The notes under the pieces are model-generated. The model saw only the letters and a list, made by a program, of their open reading frames with translations, made no database searches and was not told the DNA's origin. A stretch of DNA of 64,000 nucleotides from Cetorhinus maximus (Eukaryota), in assembly GCF_964194155.1 (NCBI RefSeq), contig NW_027596338.1, positions 62,001 to 126,000 on the forward strand, given 5' to 3'. Below are positions 10,982 through 23,329 of the stretch, in pieces. The first letter of the stretch is position 1; every line of letters starts with the position of its first letter. The translations under genes were made by a program, and so were the position numbers.

Positions 10982-11998
10982 ATTGATGTGTGCTTCCCAC
11001 ACACTGTCCTTTTAAATATACCTCACTCCTACCAGCCTTTAACTATCAGAAAGGTAACAGAGAGAAGGATGTAGCTGTGTCTGCCCCTTTAACTTCACAG
11101 TGTCAGGACCCCTTCGGTCCCTTTAAGAATGAGTGATGTGTTCAGCTGAAGATTCCTATTGGTAGTTTTCTGGGCGGTTTCCTTATTCTGATCATTCCCG
11201 GTGAGCCTTGGGTGTGTGAACCCGCCCCACCCCCAGGCGCGGCAACCCACCCCGTCCCTGGGTGTGTGAACCTACTCTATGTGGTCCTCGCCTTTGGGCT
11301 CTCGTGTTTCTCTCCATCTCGTTTATTCTGCTCCTTCTGCTTGAAGTTGCTGTTTGTGATTTTATTATCTGGAAGTTCAACAGTAACGGTATTAAACAAT
11401 GTTATGGTCAAACTGTAGATGTAAAATGTCAACTTAGCTCCTTAAACATTTTAGTAGCAGTTTGGTTACAGTTACAACACTGATTTTAGAATCTCTAAAT
11501 TGTGGATTTCACCTTCAGAACTTGAGTATATTGACCAGGCTTCTAACCTCATCATGATATTCAAAATTTGCAATTGAAATCTGGTCTCAGTGATGGTGTC
11601 CATGAAACTATCATTGATTGTTGTAAAAACCCATCTGCTTCACTAATGTCCTTTATGGAAGGAAATCTGCTATCCTCACCTGGTCTGGCCTACATGTGAG
11701 GCCAGACCCACAGCAATGTGGTTAACCCTTAACTGCCCTCTGAAATAACCGGGGAAGCCACTCTGTTCAAGGGCAGTTAAGGTTGGGCAAAAAATGTTGG
11801 CCTTGCCAGTGACACCCACATCCCATCAAAGAATAAAACAAAATATATTTTGCATGTGAAGATTTAATCATTTCAAGCATAAATTTAATCTCATTGACAG
11901 CTATCAGCAGCTATTAACCCTGTTATGTTTTTGATAGTTAAAGGCTGGTAGGAGTGAAGTATATTTAAAAGGACAGTGTGTGGGAAGTACACATCAAT
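10982..11998. repeat. Inverted repeat, arms 10982-11060 and 11920-11998
   Basis: attgatgtgtgcttcccacacactgtccttttaaatatacctcactcctaccagcctttaactatca is nearly the exact reverse complement of 11932-11998. Confidence 0.9.
11560..11845 (+). mobile_element. tRNA-derived SINE body and tail
   Basis: ccatgaaactatc..aaaaacccatctg..ggaaggaaatctgc..tggccttgccagtgacacccacatcccat. Confidence 0.8.
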
Positions 11999-12419
11999 TT
12001 CTAATGACTCTAGTGTTATGTGGGTAATATTTGTGTCGAAAGGATGGGGTGAATCTTATAACAATCTCCCAGAGATTAACTGGGATTGAGGGGCAAGACT
12101 AAAGGTGAGCATTAGTGCACTGTACTTTACACTACTTAGTGACAAACCCTGTTGTGTTAAAGTTTACTAATTCACACTGGTGTAGTACTGAATCAATTGC
12201 TCAGATAGATTTTTAATGTTAAGGATTATTTTTCTTGCAGGATTTTCTATTTAGCTTCCACCTGACCCACTGGTGGTGTCAGACAGAATCTAGAACTGTC
12301 TCCTCAGTCGAATGGACTGCTGCAGGATCCTAATGGTATCCAATTAAAACTCTGTCTTCTGGTTAACAGGCATAACTGAAACAAGCTCAACACAAAATGG
12401 TGTGTGTGCGCGCACACAC

Positions 12420-13340
12420 TCGAGGGTAGCAGTGGAAGGGTGCTTTTCTGAATGGAGAGCTGTGACTAGTGGTGTTCCGCAGGGATCAGTGCTGGGACCT
12501 TTGCTGTTTGTAGTATACGTAAATGATTTGGAGGAAAATGTAACTGGGCTAATTAGTCAGTTTACAGACGACACTAAGGTTGGAGGAGATGCAGATAGTG
12601 AAGAGGATTGTCAAAAGATACAACGGGATATACATCGGTTAGAGACTTGGGCGGAGAAATGGCAGATGGAGTTTAATGCGGACAAATGCGAGGTAATGCA
12701 TTTTGGAAGGTCTAATACAGGCAGGAATTATACAGTAAAAGGCAGAACCCTTAAGTGCATCGACGGGCAGAGGGATCTGGGTGTAAGGTCCACAGGTCAC
12801 TGAAAGTGGCAACGCAGGTGGATAAGGTCGTCAGGAAGGCATGTGGCATGCTTGCCTTCATCAGCAGGGGTATTGAATATAAAAGCTGGGAAGTCATTAT
12901 GCAACTGTATAGAACCTTGGTTAGGCCACACTTGGAATATTGCGTGCAATTCTGGTCGCCACATTACCAGAAGGATATGGAGGCATTGGAGAGGGTTCAA
13001 AGGAGGTTTACCAGGATGCTGCCTGGTCTGGAGGTTATCCCTCCAGGTTATCCAGGGTGGAAGAGTCAATTACTAGGGGACATAGATTTAAGTTGAGAGG
13101 AGAAAACTTTAGAGGAGATGTGCAGGGCAAGTCTTTTACGCAGAGGGTAGTGAGTGTCTGGAATTCGCTGTCAGAGGTGGTGGTGGAAGTGGTGTTTAAG
13201 AGGCAACTTGACAAGTACATGAATAGGATGGGAATAGAGGGATACGGACCCCGGAAGTGCAAAATGTTTTAGTTTGACAGGCAATATGATCGGCGCAGGC
13301 TTGGAGGGCCGAAGGGCCTGTTGCTGTGCTGTACTTTTCT
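12420..13340 (+). mobile_element. 5'-truncated CR1 LINE
   Basis: VTSGVPQGSVLGPLLF, FTDDTK, WQMEFNADKCEVMHFG, RPHLEYCVQFWSPHY; (TTC)n tail at ~13335-13365. Confidence 0.93.
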
Positions 13341-13619
13341 TCTTTCTTCTTTCTTCTTTCTTCTTGTGTCTATGTGTCTGATTGTGAACGCATCATTCTT
13401 CACGTTTGCAATGTATTTCCTGAAGTAATTATCTCCAGCAAGTATTTTAGTCCTTTATTTCCATTTATTCCAAATGTAATATCTTTGCAAATCTTTTCAT
13501 AGCACTGACAGTTATCTGGAACCCATTCTCTTGGGTGCTGCTGTTTATAAAACAATCTCACACTGACCATTCAATTACCAAAATGAGCACATCTGTCCCC
13601 AAACTCACTTCACCTATCG

Positions 13620-13785
13620 ATTCCGTATGACTCTTCTTCAGAGCATATGGTCGTCTTCAGTCATATGGACTCGAAACGTTAATTGTTTCTCTCTCCACAG
13701 ATGCTGTTAGACCTGCTGAGTTTTTCCAACATTTTCTGTTTTTATTTCAGATTTTCAGCATCCACAATATTTTGCTTTTATTTCA
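13620..13785 (+). mobile_element. Penelope-like element terminal fragment
   Basis: gtcatatggactcgaaacgtt...cagatgctgttagacctgctgagtttttcc...cagcatccacaatattttgctttta. Confidence 0.7.
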
Positions 13786-14814
13786 CTTAACCTCTCTCCT
13801 CTCTCTCTCAGATACTGAGTCACTTAATCTCTCTGTTTCAGAGAGCACCTAAACTCATTTAACTTTTTTCTCTCTCTCTGAGAAAGAACCTAACACACTT
13901 AACCTCACTTAGCCTCTCTTCTTTGTCTGAGGCAGTGTTCAACGTACAGAGAGTCATTCCCCTCTCTCTCTGTTTCACTCTCTCACTCTCAGACAGGCCT
14001 CAATTCACTTTAACTCTATTTTCTGATAACTGTTTTTGGGCAAAATTATTTATTTTATATAATTTCCCCTTATTTCTCCCAAGGATAACCATCAGCTCGT
14101 TTCCCCCTTCAGTGAATATAGTAAAACCCCAAATAAGCTCATGTGTTTAAATCTTTAAATTGGGAATGGAGGTGAATGTAATGCTGAGACTGGCAGCAAT
14201 CTGTGTGGTTGTTCTTGATGCTGTTAGAGTGAGTTCACCCTCACAGGCAGGAAGACTGTTCACGGTGATAACATGAAACTGACACCTGCTGTTTCATTCT
14301 CAGAAAACACAACTTCCTGTTTCTCTGCTGCTGGTTCCTAACCACACATCTCACTTCTGAGCAGAAAATAAATCCAGAGGCCATGGTCGGGTGAGAACAT
14401 CTGTCAAGGCAGCCTATATCTGGCCACAGAGTCAGAGCAGAGTCACACAGATCACATTGCGGTGACATTTACAAATGAGCCTGTTGTTTCTGTTCAGAGT
14501 CTCCATTCCCGGACATATGTGGCCGTGTCTGTGGGTCAGTCACTGAGTTCCCTCTGCTCTCCATAGCCAGGAACTGATAGCCTGCTCCTTTCCATTTTAT
14601 ATCATTCTCTCACATCATTCTGTATTACTTGCTTCCTCTATTTTTCAGCTTTATCTTTCACCACCTCATCTTTCTGTTTTTCTAAGTGTCTCAGTTTTTC
14701 TCTGTCTTTGTCTCTCCTTTCCTCTATATCTCTCTTGATGTCATTGTGTTCCTGTTTAATTGAGATGTTCAATATCATGAAGGGTTTTTGATTGATTAAA
14801 GAAGGAAAAGTGGC

Positions 14815-15260
14815 TAAAGGCAGAAAATGCTGCAAAAACTCAGCAGGTCTGGCAGCATCTGTGGACAGAGAAACAGATTTAAGGTTTCGAGTCCAATCTG
14901 ACGTTTCTTTTGAGCGGGAAAAACAGGGGCTGTCCTTCTTAGATCAGACAAGTTTAGGGGGAAATTTAATGGAGGTGTTCAAAATGAGGAAGGATTTGTG
15001 ATAGTGTCGATAGGGAGAAACTGTTTCCAGGAGCAGGAGGGTTTGTAACCAGAGGACTCAGAGATTTAAGATATTTGACAACAGAACCGGAAGGAGTGAT
15101 AAGGAGAACATTTTTACGCAGTGATTTGATGTGACCTGGAATGCACATACTGACAGGGGGTTGGAAGCAGATATAAGAGCAACTTTCAAAGAGAATTGGA
15201 TCAGTACTTGAAGAGGGAATAATTTGCAGAGTTATAGTGAATGGGACTAATTGGACGGTT
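14815..15260. mobile_element. Penelope-like end (minus) followed by CR1 3' fragment (plus)
   Basis: aaaactcagcaggtctggcagcatctgtgga; then GNLMEVFKM..., aaccagaggac, tttttacgcag. Confidence 0.65.
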
Positions 15261-17019
15261 CACTCATCTTTGTGACATTCTGAATTTTCCTCTCCTGAGG
15301 TTTTAACATTTGATCTTTTCAATCATAATGTGTCTCAAACAGAAGATTTAAAACATTAGTTTCTACGAGCTGTCAGATCTGTTTCCTGTGTGTCTGTGTA
15401 ACTCGGGAACTACAGGCAAGGGTGAGAAGGAACCGATTCTTTTCAGTTCCTCTAACAGATGCACCATTGTCACCTCAGATACCAGAAATCTCTGGAGTTC
15501 CCCATGTCGTCATTGCCCTCCCCTTGGGTATAACAACTCTCAGTCAGGTGGAGTCAGTCACACGTGTCTCTGTCATGATATTTCCACTCCTATTTTATCA
15601 TACACCTCCCTGTGACACTCACCATAACACAGACACCCAAATATCATTGCTTCCTTACACCTTGTTCTCCTATTACAATCGAATCTTTACTCGGCCTCTT
15701 GTCTCCCTTAATGTAAGATTACCTGTAGTTAAAGCCACCTCTGTTATTAAGAACTGGAATTGGCCTTTGTGATTATTTTTACACCAGGCTCTAGTCGGCC
15801 TCGCGTGCTGCAGTCATAACTCCCTTCACAAACCCAAAGAGGAAGAGGTTGTTTTTTAATGAGTGGGCGGACACCTCAAACCTGCAATCATGTCCCAGAA
15901 ATCCCTGCCTTGCTGGATGGAGCAACTGCCCAGGATTGTCCCGTCTGTCATTCCCTTCACTCCTTCTGAGTCTAAGAAAATAGTCAGCAAAAGAACAGAG
16001 ACTCCCATTTATAATGACACCAGGCGCATCAGTTTAGATGATGTGGTTGGGTCTCTGGAGAGGGCTTGAACCCACATCCTTCTGACTCGGGGTGAGTGCG
16101 CCACCAATTAGTCAATGTTGACGTCAGTTCATATTCCACTAGACCGTGTCTGTGTTATTACACTCAACCCCATCCCATTCACATTGCATTGATCCTTGGC
16201 TCTGTTATTAGGGATTAGGCAACACATTGATATCATATTATATCAATGGACCATGACTCACTCACTCACTGCTATATGAGACCTAATCTTTAGTTTTGGT
16301 GCACTAGATACTGACTGTATTATCATCACATTGGATCCAACGATTAATTCACTAAAACACGGCAACCTGACTCTTATTATTGCAACAAACACTGTATTTG
16401 TTACACTCAAAGTGTGCCAAACCTTTGCTGTTCTTCCTTCGGGTCCCATCTGCACTCTTACTGTATCAGACTGTGTGTCATTGTTACACTTATACTCTGC
16501 CACTGTTATTATCAGAAAATAACCTGCCTTTTATTTCAGTTCTGGTGTCCGATTTTATTATTATCATTGGAAATATTTTTCCTGCCAGTTTTCAACTGGA
16601 ACCTGTTTCTGGTATTTGATTGTCACATTTCCATGTTTTTAACTTGATTATTTAGTCTCTATGTGAATTTCCTCATATAAGTCACACTGCAATTCAGCCT
16701 TTGGTCTGAAAACTTGTTTCTTGAATAAAATACCATTATTATAGCTCACAGTATAGGATCATAAGCTCAGAATGACCACTTGGCAGGGTACTGGAGGGTA
16801 AACAGTGACTGGGATTGAACCCCACCATCACACAGCACCTTCACGAAAGAAAGGGAGAAAAATCTGAGTGTTGCATCCCTGTTGATGTTGATGGGCCATA
16901 TTCTACCACCTGAAGCATTCTGGGTAGCATCATCTGCCACTGTCTTCAGATGGTACAGGGGCTAAAGGAAGGTGTTCCGCTCATCATGTTTGTATCAGCT
17001 CATTAGTGTAGCTATCGAA

Positions 17020-17740
17020 TTAGTCCCACTCCCCTGCTCTTTACTCCTAGACTTGGATATTTCTTCTCTTCAAGTATTTATTCAATTCTCCCAAGAATGT
17101 TGCTATTGAATCTGCTTGCAGCACCATTTCAGACAGTGCATTCCAGATCACAAAAACACACTGCTTAAAAAAAGATGTTCTGAAATCTGTGTCCTCTGAT
17201 TAGCTATTTTTCTGCTACTGGAGACCCTTCCTGTTTATTTAGTTTGTCAAAGCCGTTCATGATTTTGAAAACTGCTATTGCATCTTTTTACTTTCAGACT
17301 GCTGCAGTCCATGTGGTGTCAGTTCTGGGCATTTTAAGAGTCAACCATATTGCTGTGGGCCTGGAGTCATATGCAGGCCAGACCAGGAGAGGATGGCAGA
17401 TTTTCTTCTCTAAAGGACATTAGTGAACCAGATGGGTTTCTAGGACATTTGATAAGGACTTCGTGGTCATCATGAGATTTGGTGGGATTCGAACCCAGTC
17501 TCCAGAGCATTTCCCTGGGTCTTTGGATTACTAGTCCAATGACAATACCACGATGCCACCACCTCCATTTTTGACCCTTTGCTCCAAGGAAAACAATCCC
17601 AGTTTTTCCATATAACTGAAGCCTCTTATCCTTGGTACCATTCTAGTAAATCACCTTCTCTAAGGCTTTGAAATCCTGTTTAAAGTGTGATGCCCAGAAA
17701 TGAATATAGCACTCTAACTGAGGCCTAACAATTGGTTTAT
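17020..17740 (-). mobile_element. Decayed CR1 3' fragment interrupted by a SINE (about 17320-17565)
   Basis: cagtgcattccagatca and tgctccaaggaaaacaatcccag CR1 motifs; SINE with tRNA-like head gggattcgaaccc...ggattactagtcca. Confidence 0.65.
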
Positions 17741-17909
17741 AAAATCAGTATTAACTAATTTAACATAAACACTCTCAAAATAAATTGTTGAAAATCTGCA
17801 CTAAGATATCGCATGGAGGAGTTCACAGGAGGCTGTTAACTGCTGCTGCAATTGTGTAACCCACATTTGATCCGCAGATAAAGAAGATAACATTGTGGTT
17901 ATCCATTGA

Positions 17910-18345
17910 CAATCCCTCATGTCAGGGATGATTCTTTCTTGTCAATGACTGGGTGAAAGTGAGATGTCAGTGTTAGCTGTGGGTTCACAAATGACTAATG
18001 AGCACTATTTTAGCCTTGCAGGCTCTCCCAAAAGTGAGGACATGGGGGTTGTCAGCGAGTGGAGTTGGTGGTGGATTGTTGACACAAGCAGCTGCCCTCT
18101 CTGTTTGTCTCTCTCAGTGGCTGCTCTTGTTGACTGAAACGTTTTTGGATGATGAATCACCATTTTGGAGGCAATTGGGAATCTGCTTCCCAAGTGTTTA
18201 TGTTGATAGAGCAGAATGTCACAGAGGCCTTGAGATTGTCTTTGAAAAGTTTCCTTTGGCCCCATGTGAAGGGCCTCCCTGGTGTAGCTCTGAGTACAGC
18301 ACCTGTTTGTCAATCTGAATTCAAGCATTCTGATGACATGCCCAG
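17910..18345 (-). mobile_element. RTE-type LINE 5'-region fragment
   Basis: Similarity in style to the other RTE pieces in the window; no intact ORF. Confidence 0.4.
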
Positions 18346-18800
18346 ACATAGTGGTTACATTATTGGATTAGTAATCGAGAGGGAATAATGATCTGGAGAT
18401 GTGAGTTCAAAACCCATCACAACAGTTAGAGATTTTAAATTCAGTTAATTCAATAAATCTGGAATAAAAATCTACTATAAAAGCTGTTAACAGTGATTAT
18501 GAAATGAATGCATTGTTACAAAAGTCCAACTGGTCCCCTGACATCCTCGAGGAGCGGAAATCTGCCATCGCAGCCTTATCTGGTCTTCAGGTGACTCCAG
18601 ACCAACAGCAATGTGCTTGACCCTTTGAAATGGTGCATAAGCCACTTGGTCATATCAAAACTGCTCAGAGAAAGTAAAATTCGATTGGATTGCAGCGGTT
18701 TGGGAAGGCAGGTCACCATCACATTCTCAAGGGCAATTAAGGATGGTAATAAATGCCTGCATTTCCAGTGACACCCACATCCTATGATGAATGAAAAAAA
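18346..18800 (+). mobile_element. Near full-length tRNA-derived SINE
   Basis: A-box-like atagtggtta, B-box-like gagttcaaaaccc, family body and LINE-type tail cccacatcctatgatgaatgaaaaaa. Confidence 0.8.
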
Positions 18801-19173
18801 AGGAGCTGCAGCCTGTTTCTAGGTTTCTCTGTGTTTTTGGTGTGTGATAGCATAACTAAAAATACACAACCAGGAATATCCACGAGACAACAATCCTGAC
18901 AGTTACTCACTGAAAGGATTCACTCAGTCAACCCATCTGCTGACTTCGCATTTGACTGGAGGGATTGGATTCCGCGTTATTGCTGCTGTTTCGGTAAAAC
19001 TTTGGGGGATTTGCAATTCACCATCAATTCCCTTCTTTCTGGTGGATAATGGAGGTTCTGTGCACTTGGGCTTCTGTATAATTTGGTTGCTAATTTTATT
19101 TACTGCCCAACACTCGCCGCAATCCCCACATCGTTGCAAATAAAGGATTCACGATTCACCAATTAGGCCACCC

Positions 19174-19560
19174 GATGGCGAGGACTTTACCCAGCATCCC
19201 CCGCTGTTGGGAATGTCCCCTATCACCACCACAGGAGAGCACTGCGCACGTGCAGTCCCGTCCAGTGTTTGGATCATGCGCCGTAATTGCGATGCTGAGA
19301 CTTTTGTCTGTCTTATCTTCAAACTGGTAAGGAAATGAAAACACGGAGGGAGCGATGGAAGCGGCGGGAGGATGGGGAGGGTTTCTAAACACCTCGTAAA
19401 GGTTCCAAACCTCGAATAAGACCCTGAGATACTCCCGTTTGCAGCCCGGTTCTTTTTTCCAAACAAGCTCAAGTTAACGGTCGTCATTTTGGTTGAGCGG
19501 GGAGCAGAGCGCATGCGCAGACTTCCTGGTGACACCATAGGGAGTGGGCGGGGCTTCAAG
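19174..19560 (+). promoter_or_regulatory. ZNF promoter cassette and first-exon region (gene 2)
   Basis: GATGGCG, TTACCCAGCATCCCCCGC 19187-19204, ACTGCGCACGTGCAG, GCGCATGCGCA ~19508, GC box; preceded by decayed ZNF tail 18900-19000. Confidence 0.7.
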
Positions 19561-19629
19561 GGGAATCTGTTCCCAACTGGGTCCCAGTGCCCGGGATTTG
19601 CTGATAACAGGGCAACACATTTTTAAACA

Positions 19630-20010
19630 GCTTCACCCACTCCCAGGCTGCAGGTGATGTTTGCAACCTACAGGAGTCCATGGGCCATGTATATATTCAT
19701 TGTGAGAGGTTGCAGCCCCTGTATAATTACCTGAAGGTCTGCTCCTCAATGTCTGGTCACACTTCAGACCCAGGCTCCTAATCTTTGTCTGCCCAGTGTG
19801 GAGGGGACTGGGTACATCAGAGGATCTTGTCCTGGAGCTGCTCTTCAGCGTGGTTACAACTTGTAGATCTAGGGTGGGTGGGACCCTCTGGCTGCGGGTC
19901 AGTCTTCTATGGTCTTGCCTGTGCTCTGGTGGCCAGGGCCAGAGAGGATGCAGTGTCCATCCATATGGTTGATGCCTTCCACAAACAGTGGGCACCTCGG
20001 AGTGCAGAGT
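19630..20010 (-). mobile_element. RTE-type LINE 3' fragment
   Basis: Homologous to 43020-43130 (catccggatgga..cac...ccctctc). Confidence 0.5.
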
Positions 20011-20510
20011 ATCTCATAGTCACTGGAATTAACATTGTGGTTTAATTGTGAAAATTCCAATTGCTTTTTTTGCCTTTTGTGGCTTCTTTTAGTTTGATTT
20101 AGATCACATGTTTGGAAGAACAGAGAGAGAAAAATATTGCATAGAAACTAGAATTATCTGTTTTGAATTTCTAACATGGACTGATAGCGATACTGACACT
20201 GTCAACTCTTTCTGCAGGATATTAGAAGGAGATGATTTGCACAGGAAACTAAACAAACATCACATCAAGTCCTCTCAGAGTCAGTCGATTCATCAGGACC
20301 TGAATATCATCAGCCTTTGAATGTGGAAGGAGAAATGTTTCTCTAATCTGTCTGTGGGAAAAGATTACAAACATCAGTGTGAACAGAAAAGCACCGAGAC
20401 ACACACACACCCGAGTAACAGTGTTCCAGTGCACTGACTGTGGAAAGAGCTTTAACCAGTTACACAGCCTGAAAAAACATCACACCATTCACAGCGGGGA
20501 GAAACTGTAC

Positions 20511-21086
20511 ATGTGTTCTGTGTGTGGACAAGTTTGCAACAGATCTTCCAACCTGGAGAGACACAAGGACACCCACGCCATTGAGAAACCGTGGAAATGT
20601 GGGGATTGTGGGAAGGGATTCAGTTTCCCATCCCAGCTGGAAACTCACCGACGCAGTCACACAGGGGAGAAACCGTTCACCTGCTCTGTGTGTGGAAAGG
20701 AATTCACTAAGTCATCCAGCCTGGGGTCACACCAGAGAGTTCACAGTGATGAGAGGCCTTTTAAATGCTTTTACTGTGGAGATTGCTTTAAAACCTCTCC
20801 TGATCTAATTAAACACCAGCTTGTTCACACTGACAAGAGACCATTCAGTTGCTCTCACTGTGAGAAGAGATTCAGACAATCATCTCACCTTATTCAACAT
20901 CAGCGAGTTCACACTGGGGAAAGGATATTCACCTGCTCCGTGTGTGGGAAACGATTCGCTCAGTCATCCAATCTCCAGACATACCAACGCACTCACAGTG
21001 GGGAGAGGCCATTCATCTGCTCCGAGTGTGGGAAGGGATTCAATCGACCATCCAACTTGTTGAGACACCAGCGGGTTCATGTGTGA
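20511..21086 (+). CDS. C2H2 zinc-finger protein (gene 2), about 191 aa from first ATG, 7 fingers (one degenerate) plus one upstream in-frame finger
   Basis: Open frame 20379-21086; first in-frame ATG 20511; acceptor ttctgcag ~20217; family 3' tail follows the TGA. Confidence 0.75.
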   Translation: MCSVCGQVCNRSSNLERHKDTHAIEKPWKCGDCGKGFSFPSQLETHRRSHTGEKPFTCSVCGKEFTKSSSLGSHQRVHSDERPFKCFYCGDCFKTSPDLIKHQLVHTDKRPFSCSHCEKRFRQSSHLIQHQRVHTGERIFTCSVCGKRFAQSSNLQTYQRTHSGERPFICSECGKGFNRPSNLLRHQRVHV

Positions 21087-21174
21087 CTGCAGGGGTTGGA
21101 TGCTGCTGTTAATCACATGCTTTATTTATTTCTGCAGAAGGTAATAACTCCTATCACTGGGCCAGAGTTTAAAG

Positions 21175-21420
21175 TTCTTTGCAGGGCAGGTGCTGTGTCG
21201 GGACTGCAGCAAGTAGGAGTTTCTGGAGAATATTGCGATCCTGGACCATCATATCTGCGGTGAGTGTCTGCAGCTCAGGAAACCTGGGCTCAGGGTTATT
21301 GAGCTGCAGTCTGAGCTGCAGACACCAGGGCCATCAGGGAGGGGAAGAGTCAGCTCGACACTTTCTTTCAGGAAGCAGTCACAACCCCAAGGTTCAGGAG
21401 AAATTTACAGTTAGTGAATG
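21175..21420 (+). mobile_element. CR1 ORF1 N-terminal fragment
   Basis: C..C...E......ICGECLQL..L..RVIELQSELQT-type remnant. Confidence 0.55.
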
Positions 21421-21712
21421 GTCAGGATATATCAGAATATGTCAAGAAAATCAGTTTTAGCATCTGTAGTCTTAATTTCTCTGGGTTAAGAGGAGAAAAA
21501 CTGACATCTGGACTTAGTGTGTGTCAGTCAAGGCACCTTTCCCTTCCTTAAGACGCTGGAACATTGATTCTGATGTTATCAGTGAAGTTAACTGATCTGA
21601 GACATTGAAAGGATTCTCGTTGCAGCACATCAGGGAATTCAACCTAATTTCAACTTTGGGACAATCAGAACACTTGGTAACAGACAAGACACTGAAAGGC
21701 TTGAAGGGATGA

Positions 21713-22125
21713 CTCTGAAGAAGAATCATATGGACTCAAAATGTTAACTTTTTTTTTACTCTCCACGGATGCTGTTAGACCTGCTGAGTTTTTCCAACAT
21801 TTTATGGTTTTGTTGCCCTTGAACTGAGTCGCTTGTCACACCATTTCATAAGAAGTTAAGAGTCAACCATATTGCTGTGGGTCTGGAATCACATGTAGGC
21901 CAGGTCAGGTAAGGACAGCAGGTTTCCTTCCCTAAAGGGCACTGGTGAACCAGATGGGTTTTTACAACAATGGTTTCATGGTCATCATTATTGAGATTAG
22001 CTTTTCAATTCCAGATTATTACTTGAATTCAAATTCCACTGGGATTTGAACCTTGTTCCCCAGATCATTAGGTTGGGATTCTGGATTACTAGTTTGGTGA
22101 TATTCCCACTATGCCACCATATCCC
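21713..22125. mobile_element. Penelope-like end (21713-21810, plus) and tRNA-derived SINE (21815-22125, minus)
   Basis: tctgaagaagaatcatatggactc...gacctgctgagtttttcc; SINE body and head gggatttgaacc...ggattactag..ccactatgccacc. Confidence 0.75.
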
Positions 22126-22855
22126 CCTCCCTGCCCCAAGCCACACACAAATGGATTATTGATTAATTTATTTCAAGTTTAATGAGAAAATGATTAGACC
22201 TACCCTGTACCTATATCTAACCCATTGGAAATCTGTGAAGTTATTGGATTCAAACAAACCCATTCGCTCCTCCTCAGCTCCACAGTGAGTGAGACCGGGA
22301 AAAGCAGAAAAGCAGCAATATTCCGCCCCACACTCTCCAATCGCCTGCTGCCAGCAGAAAGCGGCGACTGCAGCTTCAATCAGTGGGTTAGTGCCCATCC
22401 CTGGGACGAAAGATACTCCAACCCAGGTCAAACCTCCCGATACACCGAGCACCGGCTCAGGAAAATACAGGTAGATTATATCCCGGTCACTGAACCTCCA
22501 AGCAGCATTTACAGAATACCCGAGTGAGTGTGTCACAAATAAAAACAACTTTCTAAATATTTTCACTGCAAAATTCCTTCCTTTTATTTAAAAATTGACT
22601 GTTGTGAATCTGTAAATGAGCACCATGGGATTTGTGTTACTGACTGACTTGTTTTCCATTGTTTGTCTGACAGGTTTGCAACTCAATTTGTGTTGGAGAT
22701 CGAAGAGAATCTGATCTCAAAATGAGGTCACAAAGCAGGTAAATATTAAATCCAGGAAGAAATCCTGAAGAAAATGGATCACAGTGTTTGGAAGGAGGTG
22801 CAACAAAGAAAGGGAAGCTGTGAATGATTGAATGGAAAGCATCAGTCCCTTGAGA

Positions 22856-22928
22856 TTCTGGCTAGCACAGTCAGTAGTGCATGAGGCCTGCAACCTCAGG
22901 TTTGTGGGTTCAAGCCCCACTTTGGGTG
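22856..22928 (+). tRNA. tRNA-Lys(CTT)-derived tRNA-like sequence with TGC in anticodon position; probable pseudogene
   Basis: Colinear with the vertebrate tRNA-Lys-CTT sequence; D stem GCAC/GTGC, anticodon stem TGAGG/CCTCA, T stem GTGGG/CCCAC; weak acceptor stem; T6 run at 22936-22941. Confidence 0.8.
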
Positions 22929-23329
22929 CTGTTGCTTTTTTAAAAAACTTTGCTGCTTTCATGGGTGAACCTCAGCTCTCCATTCATCCACTGCGTCACT
23001 GTGCTCCAAATGAGTCTTTCTCCATCCTGCTTTGTCTTTATCACAGTTGCTGGTTTATGAAAGCAAACTTCCTCCACTTCACTGGAAATGTGAGAAATCA
23101 GTTTGTAGGTGTGGCCTAATGTACAATGAATGATGACGCTTTAAAAGTGGCAAGTTTCACTCAAGTCCCTGGACCAACAAAACTGCTCAGAGTCACCGAA
23201 TTAGAATGGTCACTCCCTGGGTGCCCAGTAGCAGCAGACCCATGTCAAGAATGATCTGATTCATAAGATTAAGGGAGAGAAATTAGCGAACTCCCACTCA
23301 ACCTTATTCACATCAAAAACAGTTGGGAA

